A DNA stretch of 64,000 nucleotides. It comes from Elusimicrobiota bacterium (GTDB taxonomy: Bacteria > Elusimicrobiota > Elusimicrobia > JACQPE01). Positions 41,948 through 49,594 of the stretch are shown here, piece after piece. Made by a program: the position numbers and the translations under genes. How positions within the stretch are numbered: the stretch's first letter is position 1; every line of letters begins with the position of its first letter. Where the stretch lies: contig JBHPMF010000002.1 in assembly GCA_042563375.1 (NCBI GenBank), positions 75,842-139,841 of the forward strand. Direction: 5' to 3'. The notes beneath the pieces are model-generated. The model did no database searches, was not told the DNA's origin, and worked only from the letters and a program-made list of their open reading frames with translations.

Positions 41948-43520
41948 AACTTTCCTCCTTGTTTTGTGTTCCGGGCTTTGATCCGGACACTATCTCGATA
42001 ATCTCTTTTGCGGTTAGCAGACTGGAATCACTATATGTTATTTCTTTAAGCCCGGCTATATGCGTCTGTTCATCATTAGCCGCGGTCGCATCCACAGCCA
42101 CGGCCACTTTGAATCTTCTCCTAAGAGCATCCTTGGCCGTAAGTTTGATATCCGTATTGGTCGATGTCCCGACTAAAAGCAGGGTCCTTGTCTTGGTGTC
42201 TGAAAGTATCCTCTCAAGTCTTGGATTGATGAATGCGCTTGGTCCTATCTTCTCGAACACGCTCTCATCATAGCGTGTATGATCGAACACATTGGCGATC
42301 TGGGTAGCGCTCTTTCTGCTGTCGATCAAATAAAAGATCGGTTTTTTCATCTTCCTGTAGGCATGGATGATGCGCGCAATATTACCGGAAATAGCCCTCG
42401 CGGGAGGAAAATATTGCGTACTCCTGGGATTCAATTGCTTTTCATGCATGTTTAATACGATAAGCGCGGAGTCGGTCAGTTCCGCGTTCCCATAGCCGAC
42501 ACGATCCGGACATACATGGCTGATCCACTTAAGCGACTTCGAATCTATATTGGCGCACGCAACATAACATTGCGCTTCCCTTGAAAGATTCAGCTGAAAT
42601 ATCCTTGCGCGCTCTTTTAGAACACCGGACCATAATTGCCCGCATGATGTTTCTGCCTCGATCTCCTTTTTAAGACTCGGCGACTCCACAACCTCAAATC
42701 CCTTTTTCTTCAGTGCCCGCGAGATCGTCTTGAGCCTTGCCGGGACCGTCTTCCATACATATGTCAATGATATCGCGTCAGACGCCTGCGTCGGATTGAT
42801 AGGGGTTATTTTGAATAAGAACTTATCCGCGGGAAATATCTTTGTTAGCGCCTCGATATCTATATCACGGTGCTTTGAAATACTGAAATTAAGCGTTATC
42901 TTTCTGTCGCCCTTTTTCACGAACCTCTTGCCATAAGCCGCTACCTCTTCAAGCGAATATCTCTTTATGGGAATGATGCCGGATCTGCATTCCTCGTCTG
43001 AGGCGTGGATAGAGAATTGCAGTTGGAATCTCCCGCGCTTGAAATAACGATCCTTTACCGCTATCAGCTCTTCAAGGAATTTATCAACAAGAGGCGTCTT
43101 CGGGGCTACCGTGGAAATGCATGGGATGACCCCCTTATAAGGATACTTTTCCCCTATGTCCTCAAGGGCGGCGATCACATCATGATTCAACGCGGGCTCA
43201 CCCATCCTCTCAAAATGCATTTTTACCTTGGGATGAGTTTGTATGTCCAGATCAGGATTAGCCTCGATGATAAAGCGGACCTGGCTTATGATCTCGTCTT
43301 TAGTCAAGTTTCCGAGATATCCGAGCGAGCCCACATCACACATGGCGCATCCCACTGCGCAGCCGAACTGGGTGGAGAACATCATCACCCATTTGGTCTT
43401 CTTCTTTATTTCAGGATCCTGGGTATCAACAAGCTCGATCAAGCAGTCAGGATTGTTCCTGACCTGCGCCAGATAAAGCGCAGCCAGCCCGGGCACGATC
43501 TTCTTATCCAATATTTTCAT
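41934..43520 (-). CDS. RlmN/Cfr-like radical SAM domain fused to an isochorismatase-like (cysteine-hydrolase fold) domain with substituted catalytic residues
   Basis: ATG 43520 is preferred over the TTG at 43529. N-terminal domain: FGCAVGCAMC, FERMGEPALN, ISTVAP, LQFSIHASDEECR, SCGQLWSG. C-terminal domain: ALIVLNMHEK, EKIGPSAF, LLLVGTSTNTDIKLTAKDA, VAVDATAA. Confidence 0.75.
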   Translation of the reverse strand: MKILDKKIVPGLAALYLAQVRNNPDCLIELVDTQDPEIKKKTKWVMMFSTQFGCAVGCAMCDVGSLGYLGNLTKDEIISQVRFIIEANPDLDIQTHPKVKMHFERMGEPALNHDVIAALEDIGEKYPYKGVIPCISTVAPKTPLVDKFLEELIAVKDRYFKRGRFQLQFSIHASDEECRSGIIPIKRYSLEEVAAYGKRFVKKGDRKITLNFSISKHRDIDIEALTKIFPADKFLFKITPINPTQASDAISLTYVWKTVPARLKTISRALKKKGFEVVESPSLKKEIEAETSCGQLWSGVLKERARIFQLNLSREAQCYVACANIDSKSLKWISHVCPDRVGYGNAELTDSALIVLNMHEKQLNPRSTQYFPPARAISGNIARIIHAYRKMKKPIFYLIDSRKSATQIANVFDHTRYDESVFEKIGPSAFINPRLERILSDTKTRTLLLVGTSTNTDIKLTAKDALRRRFKVAVAVDATAANDEQTHIAGLKEITYSDSSLLTAKEIIEIVSGSKPGTQNKEESYAAS

Positions 43521-43597
43521 TTTAAGCAATCAATACAGCATTCTATTCGTATCTGATCTTCCCCATTTCATCATTCAGCCCTTAGCTCTTTTCTTCT

Positions 43598-43831
43598 TTA
43601 TACACTCTCCACGCTCTTAATAGCCGGGATTTTTGCTTTCAGTGTTCTCTCAATGGCCATTTTAAGAGTCATCTGAGACATCGGGCAGCATCCGCATTTT
43701 CCCTGCAACTTGACTTTGACTATGCCATCGGGGGTGATCTCCTCCAGCGCCACATCTCCGCCATCTGCCTGTAAATTAGGCCTGACTTCATTCAGTGCTG
43801 CTTCCACAGCTTCCTTGCTTATTTCACTCAT
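43598..43831 (-). CDS. NifU-like (Nfu) Fe-S cluster scaffold/carrier domain protein
   Basis: 77 aa. LQADGGDV and [14 protein letters not shown]. Confidence 0.8.
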   Translation of the reverse strand: MSEISKEAVEAALNEVRPNLQADGGDVALEEITPDGIVKVKLQGKCGCCPMSQMTLKMAIERTLKAKIPAIKSVESV

Positions 43832-43938
43832 AAAACCTCCTAATGATTGCGCTAAGGCGTGCCCTCAGACATGTTTGTGAATGCCTACTACCTTGCGGTA
43901 TATATATTATCTCACAATTCCGGCTCCCATTGACACCA

Positions 43939-43993
43939 GGGACGCAGGTGAATAAGCGATTGTTATAGAAAATCACTTATTCACCTGCGTCCC
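43939..43993. repeat. Unique 23-bp-arm inverted repeat in the nfu / tRNA-Leu divergent region
   Basis: GGGACGCAGGTGAATAAGCGATT (43939-43961) pairs with AATCACTTATTCACCTGCGTCCC (43971-43993). One mismatch; 9-nt loop. Confidence 0.8.
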
Positions 43994-44016
43994 TAAAAAA
44001 CTAAAATCATGATAGA

Positions 44017-44101
44017 GCCGAGATGGCGGAACTGGCAGACGCGTAGGTCTCAAAAATCTATGACCCTTGCGGTCGTGGGGGTTCAACTCCCCCTCTCGGC
44101 A
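44017..44101 (+). tRNA. tRNA-Leu (anticodon CAA), type II with a long variable arm; CCA not encoded
   Basis: Hand fold: acceptor GCCGAGA/TCTCGGC, D-arm GCGGAACTGGCAGACGC, anticodon stem TAGGT/ATCTA with loop CTCAAAA, variable arm TGACCCTTGCGGTCGT, T-arm GGGGG TTCAACT CCCCC, discriminator A. Confidence 0.85.
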
Positions 44102-44153
44102 GACAGAAAGAAACAGGAGCTAGTAGTTAGGTAATGAAGCTTTAATCTCTTTT

Positions 44154-44179
44154 TGTCATTCCCGCGAAGGCGGGAATTC
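44154..44179. repeat. Family D hairpin (TGTCATTCCCGCGAAGGCGGGAATTC)
   Basis: Same TGTCAT head as families B and C. Longer relative at 61713-61780; degenerate copy inside pgl at 59619-59687. Confidence 0.75.
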
Positions 44180-44264
44180 ATAACAGCTATTTAAATATAA
44201 CTTCTTCTTCTGAGCATGGGAAATATGAAACGGGATATGACAAAAATAAAATGAGGTGCAAATA

Positions 44265-45002
44265 ATGGAAAAAAGTCAAAGACGATCCCATATTCTTTTG
44301 TGCTTAGCAGCTTTGTGCCTTAGCGCTTTAGCACCTTCCGCAAACGCTGCCAAAAAACTCGACTACAAGCCAAACCCCCCATTAGCCAAAAAGTATTTGA
44401 TCAAAATGAAAGTCGGGGTAGCGCCGTTCAAAGACGAGACCGAGGATTTCAAGATCAAAAGGCCTGAGTTCAGAGTCCCGTATTTCATAGCGAACATGAC
44501 CCAATACAAGAAGAGAGGTTCAATATATTTTACAGCCGCGCATCTTGCTGAATTCTACTTCACAGACCTGGATAACTCAAAAATATTCAGGATAACCGAA
44601 TTCGCGGACAAAAAAGGAATGCTTAAACATAAGGATCTCAAGATCCAGGGTATTCTCAAAGAAGCCACGTACATAAACAGGAACAAGCCGAAAAACAAGG
44701 AGGATGAGATAAAGCTTCATTTCACCCTTGAAGCCATAAAACTCCCTGATGACAAGGTCATCTGGCAGAATGAATACAAATTGCACTTAAAAGGCGAGTG
44801 GGATTCCCCTCCCGGCTACAAGATAACCAAATTCTTAAAAGAAAGCTTTGAGAAAGCGCACAATGAACTGATCCTGAAGATCCACGAACTCCAGGCCCCT
44901 CCGAAAGCAGAAGACTTGATCGACAAAGACGAAAGCGAGATGGGCACTGATGATATATTCAACAACATGCAAGAAATAGTGGAAGACGCGCAAAAGGAAT
45001 AA
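44265..45002 (+). CDS. Secreted hypothetical protein
   Basis: ORF track starts at a GTG at 44256. ATG 44265 has GAGGTG 5 nt upstream. Signal peptide HILLCLAALCLSALAPSANA-AKK. K/E/D-rich, AT-rich coding sequence. Confidence 0.6.
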   Translation: MEKSQRRSHILLCLAALCLSALAPSANAAKKLDYKPNPPLAKKYLIKMKVGVAPFKDETEDFKIKRPEFRVPYFIANMTQYKKRGSIYFTAAHLAEFYFTDLDNSKIFRITEFADKKGMLKHKDLKIQGILKEATYINRNKPKNKEDEIKLHFTLEAIKLPDDKVIWQNEYKLHLKGEWDSPPGYKITKFLKESFEKAHNELILKIHELQAPPKAEDLIDKDESEMGTDDIFNNMQEIVEDAQKE

Positions 45003-45068
45003 AATTTATCAGCCTAGTGATATACTTCCTTGCGATGACCGATCATTAGCACAAGAACTATTAATTCC

Positions 45069-46187
45069 TTACAAATTCAATCTATTTTCATGAACAGCCG
45101 GAAGATATCCTTTAAAATCACTCCCCGCGGCATAGGGATTGAAAATAATACCCTCTCTGGCTAAGTACTTGTTCGTATACCCGAATACATAATGCCAGAT
45201 CTGCAAAAAAGTATCCCTATAATCCACCCCGTTTCTGCTCGGACTTATCGCGGATAATTCCGTTCTCAGATCGTCATAGTTGTCATAAGCCCAATCCAGT
45301 ATGAGCTCATCCATGCATGCTTTTATTTCTTTTATCACAGGAGCGTCTTTTTTTACCAATATCGGAATATTGATCTTGTTATTTTTTATGTAGAAAAGTT
45401 TTTTTAAGAGCTTAGTTACACCGGTTTCCTTTGACGGTTTGAAGTCCAATAGCTCTGAAGCGATTCGCTCGCCCCATGTTCCAAGAGAATCCTTAAAACT
45501 TGCATACAATTCATCTTCAAATCTGCTCTCTTTGAATTTATTCCTATCCCACACCATATTCCAGAATATATCAGGAAAGCAATCTCTCTTCTTTGTCTCA
45601 TGATCGCCAAAAGATGTCAGGGTATACTTGCCGCATTCCTCATTATGGCTCCCCCAATAAAGCTCTTTAAGACTGCCTTTGATCTCCTCCTGCCCCCAGA
45701 GAGTGTAATTATTACCTCCTGGTTTCGCAGGACCTTCTAACAGGTAATCTTGCTCAGCGAACAAGCTCAAGCCCCGCCAATCCAGGCAAGCGCACCCAAC
45801 AGCAATAAACAGAACCTTATCTGCGGACACTTTGTTATATTGGACAGACTTGGAAAGCTTGCTAAATCTGCCTTTTTTCTGTTTTATTTTTTCCGCGAGT
45901 TTAATAGCGTATTTTTTCGTGACATTCTCTATTATCTTTTTGTCCTTTTTTAAAAAATACGGGAAATTTATATAGCATTTGCCATTTTCAATCCTTACGG
46001 CTTCTATCAGAAGAAGGCCTTTGAGAAGTTCTTTATTAATGAAAGTCTTGTTTTTAGGCTTATGCGCAAGAGTCCATAACAGGGATTTCCCCTCATTGCT
46101 CCTGCAATAGATCAATGGATTGTACTTTTTGCTTGGATTTGTGACCGATCCGCAAATGCCGACTGCGAACTTTTTACTCATACCCAT
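45069..46187 (-). CDS. Hypothetical protein (no recognisable domain)
   Basis: 372-aa ORF, AT-rich and K/N-rich. I could assign no motif. Confidence 0.55.
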   Translation of the reverse strand: MGMSKKFAVGICGSVTNPSKKYNPLIYCRSNEGKSLLWTLAHKPKNKTFINKELLKGLLLIEAVRIENGKCYINFPYFLKKDKKIIENVTKKYAIKLAEKIKQKKGRFSKLSKSVQYNKVSADKVLFIAVGCACLDWRGLSLFAEQDYLLEGPAKPGGNNYTLWGQEEIKGSLKELYWGSHNEECGKYTLTSFGDHETKKRDCFPDIFWNMVWDRNKFKESRFEDELYASFKDSLGTWGERIASELLDFKPSKETGVTKLLKKLFYIKNNKINIPILVKKDAPVIKEIKACMDELILDWAYDNYDDLRTELSAISPSRNGVDYRDTFLQIWHYVFGYTNKYLAREGIIFNPYAAGSDFKGYLPAVHENRLNL

Positions 46188-46211
46188 TGACCTGCTATAG
46201 GCTAAGCGTGA

Positions 46212-47351
46212 TTACTTAAGGATCTCTCTTGCTATTACCATTCTTTGGGCTTCAGATGTGCCCTCATAGATCTCGGTAACGCGGGCATCGCGGTAATAGC
46301 GCTCCACTGCTGATTCGCGGCTATAACCCAGAGCTCCGTGGACCTGGACTGCCTGATAAGTTATCTTATTGGCGATCTCTGAGGCGAAAAGCTTGGCCAT
46401 TGAAGCTTCCTGACTGAACCGCACGCCCGTATCAGATTTCGCAGCAGCGCGATAAAGCAGCAGCCTGGCAGCGTCGATCTGCAATGCCATGTCAGCAAGC
46501 TTAAATTGTATTGCCTGGAAATCCGCTAATTGCTTGCCGAATTGTTCCCTTGTCTTTGCATAAGACAAAGCTTCCTCGTAAGCAGCTTGGGCAATTCCTA
46601 TAGCCTGGGCAGCTATGCCGATCCTGCCACTGTCAAGAAGGTTTAAAGCGATCTTAAATCCTTTGTTTTCCTCTCCCAACAAGGCACCTTTTGGAACCTT
46701 GCAGTCCTGAAAAGAGATCTCGCGCGTATCAGATCCTCTCATTCCCATCTTCTTCTCTTTCGCGCTTATCGTGAACCCTTCAAGGCCTTTATCCACTAAC
46801 AAACATGAAATACCCTTGCTTCCAACGTCTTTGTTCGTAGATACAAATACCACAAAGATATCAGCAAGGCCCGCATTCGTAACCCAGGATTTTGTGCCAT
46901 TCAAAATATAACTATCACCTTTTAGCACTGCTGAACACTTCAAGCTCCCCGCATCAGTTCCCGATGACGGCTCTGTCAGGGAATAGGCTCCCATCATCTC
47001 CCCTTTGGCGAGTTTCTCAAGATACTTTTTCTTCTGGGGATCATTACCGTACTTGACGATTGCGCCGCATGTAAGAGAATTATGCACTGATAAGCCCACC
47101 TGAAAGCTCGCTGACCCGCGCGCAAGCTCTTCCATGGCAGCGATATAGCTCACTGAATCAAGAGCCAGCCCTGAGAATTCCTCAGGCGCGAGCATGCCGA
47201 AAAACCCCAGCTCCGCTGCTTCCTGATAGACCTCTTTTGAGATCTCTTCTTCTTCGTCAAATTTGCCGGCTAGTTTTTTCAGTCTTTTCTCGGCAAACTC
47301 CCTGGCTGTTTCCCTGATCAGTTTCTGATCTTCTGTTAATTCAAAATTCAT
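46212..47351 (-). CDS. Acyl-CoA (butyryl-CoA-type) dehydrogenase
   Basis: ORF track starts at a TTG at 47369. ATG 47351 gives the typical MNFELTEDQKLIRE N-terminus. C-terminal YEGTSEAQRMVIAREILK. Confidence 0.9.
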   Translation of the reverse strand: MNFELTEDQKLIRETAREFAEKRLKKLAGKFDEEEEISKEVYQEAAELGFFGMLAPEEFSGLALDSVSYIAAMEELARGSASFQVGLSVHNSLTCGAIVKYGNDPQKKKYLEKLAKGEMMGAYSLTEPSSGTDAGSLKCSAVLKGDSYILNGTKSWVTNAGLADIFVVFVSTNKDVGSKGISCLLVDKGLEGFTISAKEKKMGMRGSDTREISFQDCKVPKGALLGEENKGFKIALNLLDSGRIGIAAQAIGIAQAAYEEALSYAKTREQFGKQLADFQAIQFKLADMALQIDAARLLLYRAAAKSDTGVRFSQEASMAKLFASEIANKITYQAVQVHGALGYSRESAVERYYRDARVTEIYEGTSEAQRMVIAREILK

Positions 47352-47365
47352 ATTTCCCTTTATGA

Positions 47366-47635
47366 TCAACGATAAATTTCATGAGTCCCAATGTCATAAT
47401 AGATCACTTCGTCCGAGCTTATAAACCTGAGCAAAATACGGTATTTATCATTCAGCGAATACGCATGATAACCTTCAAGGTCACCCTTAAGCGGATGAGT
47501 CTTAAGCCTGGGGTCAAAAGCGTTCTTCCGGAATACAAGATCTTTTTTTACAGCGCTACCCTGGAGCTTTTTTGGCAGTTTTTTAAACGACTTTCTGAAA
47601 CCAGAGGTCGTGTGGACTATGCGGATAAGTCTCAA
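47366..47635 (-). CDS. RelE/ParE(YafQ)-superfamily type II toxin
   Basis: 89 aa. FRKSFKKLPKK...LKTHPLKGDLEGYHAYSLNDKYRILLRF...VIYYDIGTHEIY. The only in-frame start is TTG 47635, 7 nt after the upstream small ORF. Confidence 0.7.
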   Translation of the reverse strand: MRLIRIVHTTSGFRKSFKKLPKKLQGSAVKKDLVFRKNAFDPRLKTHPLKGDLEGYHAYSLNDKYRILLRFISSDEVIYYDIGTHEIYR

Positions 47636-47642
47636 TGCAGGA

Positions 47643-47840
47643 CTAAAGAAGCTCTTTTAACGAGGAAACCTTTCTGGTTTTCCCTGACCGAAGTTCTTTT
47701 TCTCCGCGTGCGATCTTTCGCAGGACATCTTTAAGCTCTTTAAGATGAGCCTGGATGCGATCGTATTCCTTACGACTCAGGACCACAAGGTCCTCGCCGT
47801 GCGTAATATTTCTCGAAATAACACTAATATTGTTTTGCAT
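47643..47840 (-). CDS. Putative antitoxin (Phd/YefM- or RelB-like)
   Basis: 65 aa directly upstream of the toxin. GEDLVVLSRKEYDRIQAHLKELKDVLRKIARGEKELRSGK. Confidence 0.55.
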   Translation of the reverse strand: MQNNISVISRNITHGEDLVVLSRKEYDRIQAHLKELKDVLRKIARGEKELRSGKTRKVSSLKELL

Positions 47841-47849
47841 AACGATTAT

Positions 47850-47990
47850 TCAGAGTTTAGCAGAAACATTAAGATTGTTCCACTTGATTGGGACTGCGCG
47901 GCCTTTCTGATATGCTGCCCGCGCACGGCCGATCTCGCCCATTAATTTTGAGCTAGAAGCCTCTTCGAAAACATCCATGATTTCAAGCAT
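47850..47990 (-). pseudogene. Possible remnant of a second antitoxin (46-aa ORF, C-terminal-half-like)
   Basis: Hand translation: MLEIMDVFEEASSSKLMGEIGRARAAYQKGRAVPIKWNNLNVSAKL*. Resembles only the C-terminal part of small antitoxins. Below the ORF-track cutoff. Confidence 0.25.
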
Positions 47991-48133
47991 CTCTTCATGC
48001 GGTAGCTTTATTCCCTTCGTCAAACCTCTCCCTCAGGAGGAGATGAGAAAAGCGGGGAACAATCCCTATGGGGCATACCATAGGACTGCTCCGCTGAGAC
48101 TGCCCCCGCGCTACGTTAATATGCATAGAAAAA

Positions 48134-48985
48134 CTAACGGTAATCATAAAAACCGATCTTGGTTTTACGACCCAAGCGGCCCGCTTCAACCATCTTTCGG
48201 AGCAAAGGACAAGGGCGGTATTTGGAATCAGAAAAACCCTCATAAAGCACGTTCATAATAGCTAAGCAAACATCCAGCCCTATAAAATCAGCCAATGTCA
48301 GAGGCCCCATTGGGTGGTTCATCCCGAGCTTCATGGTTGTGTCGATATCTTCTTTTGTGGCAACGCCTTCCATCAGCGTATAGCATGCTTCATTTATCAT
48401 CGGCATCAATATCCTATTTGAGATAAAACCCGGATAATCCATTGCCTTTGCAGGAGTTTTACCCAGCTTAACGCAAAGATCATTTACCGCTTTAAATGTC
48501 TCATCAGCAGTATTGATCCCCTTGATGATCTCAACAAGTTTCATCATGGGCACAGGATTCATGAAATGCATTCCAACCACATTCTCAGACCTATTTGTCG
48601 ACGACGCGATCTCAGTAACAGAGATCGAAGAAGTGTTTGTAGCAAGGATAGCGTCTTTCTTGCAGATCGAATCCAGGGTTTTAAACACTTCCTTTTTAAC
48701 ATCAAGATTCTCAAACACAGCCTCAACAATAATGTCGGAATCACTTGCGTCTTTCATGTCCGATGACAGCTTTATCCTGCTTAAAATCACTTGGACTTCT
48801 TCGGGTTTTATGATGTTCTTCGAAGCCTGGCGCTCAAGGTTCTTTTTAATGGTGGCTAATGCCTTATCCACTAATTCTTTTTTGATATCTATAAGAGTCA
48901 CATCAAATCCTGATAATGCGAACTGGTGGGCTATCCCATTGCCCATAGTCCCGCTCCCGATCACTGATACTTTTTTAATATTCAT
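48134..48985 (-). CDS. hbd: 3-hydroxybutyryl-CoA / 3-hydroxyacyl-CoA dehydrogenase
   Basis: 283 aa. VSVIGSGTMGNGIAH, FENLDVKKEVF, NTSS, GFISNRIL. Confidence 0.9.
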   Translation of the reverse strand: MNIKKVSVIGSGTMGNGIAHQFALSGFDVTLIDIKKELVDKALATIKKNLERQASKNIIKPEEVQVILSRIKLSSDMKDASDSDIIVEAVFENLDVKKEVFKTLDSICKKDAILATNTSSISVTEIASSTNRSENVVGMHFMNPVPMMKLVEIIKGINTADETFKAVNDLCVKLGKTPAKAMDYPGFISNRILMPMINEACYTLMEGVATKEDIDTTMKLGMNHPMGPLTLADFIGLDVCLAIMNVLYEGFSDSKYRPCPLLRKMVEAGRLGRKTKIGFYDYR

Positions 48986-49007
48986 AGTGATTACTCCATT
49001 TCAAGAA

Positions 49008-49102
49008 TTTCCCTCCCCGCTGACGGAAGAGGGTACGGATGGGGACGCATAAAGGAATCCTCTATTACCCCCCACCTTAATCCTCCCTCTCAAGGAGGGA
49101 GG
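49008..49102. repeat. Pair of Family A-type repeats between arfB and hbd
   Basis: tttccctccccgctgacggaagagggtacggatgggg... and ...ccccccaccttaatcctccctctcaaggagggagg. Confidence 0.65.
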
Positions 49103-49116
49103 AAATATAAAAATGC

Positions 49117-49533
49117 TTACCCCTCTTTATTCCAGTTAAAACTGCGGCCTTCTTTTAATCGAGAACGGCGATGCTTAGCATCAAGCATTTTCTCTTTGGC
49201 ACGCCTGGAACGCTTACGCTTCTGCCTTCGTATTTTCTCGATCTTGCGCCTTTCCTCGCTCTTTTTGCCAAGCACCATGTTTTCTATCTTGCTGACAAGG
49301 ATGCGCCTTGCAAGAAAACGGTTTAAAGCTTGTGAACGCTCCTGCTGACATTTAACCTCTATTCCGGTTGGAATGTGTTTTAAGTAAACGCAGGTAGCGA
49401 CTTTATTAACATTCTGCCCGCCTTTCCCCCCTGAACAGATAAACTGCTCTTCAATGTCAGATTCCCTGATATTAAAACGCTGCATCTTCTCATGCAGCGC
49501 TGTTTCCTTCTGATTACTGATCCCAAAATTCAT
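49117..49533 (-). CDS. arfB: Alternative ribosome-rescue factor ArfB (GGQ peptidyl-tRNA hydrolase with a basic tail)
   Basis: 138 aa. SGGKGGQNVNKV. C-terminal K/R-rich tail RRQKRKRSRRAKEK. Confidence 0.8.
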   Translation of the reverse strand: MNFGISNQKETALHEKMQRFNIRESDIEEQFICSGGKGGQNVNKVATCVYLKHIPTGIEVKCQQERSQALNRFLARRILVSKIENMVLGKKSEERRKIEKIRRQKRKRSRRAKEKMLDAKHRRSRLKEGRSFNWNKEG

Positions 49534-49594
49534 AAAGCCTGAAAACAGCTTCTAATTTTCTTCTTTTTGCTTTTCACGTCTTACGTCTTACGCT

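Noticed and set aside
43005-43556. 183-aa plus-strand ORF
   Set aside because: It is antisense to the radical SAM fusion gene.
48513-49052. 179-aa plus-strand ORF
   Set aside because: It is antisense to hbd and runs into a repeat.
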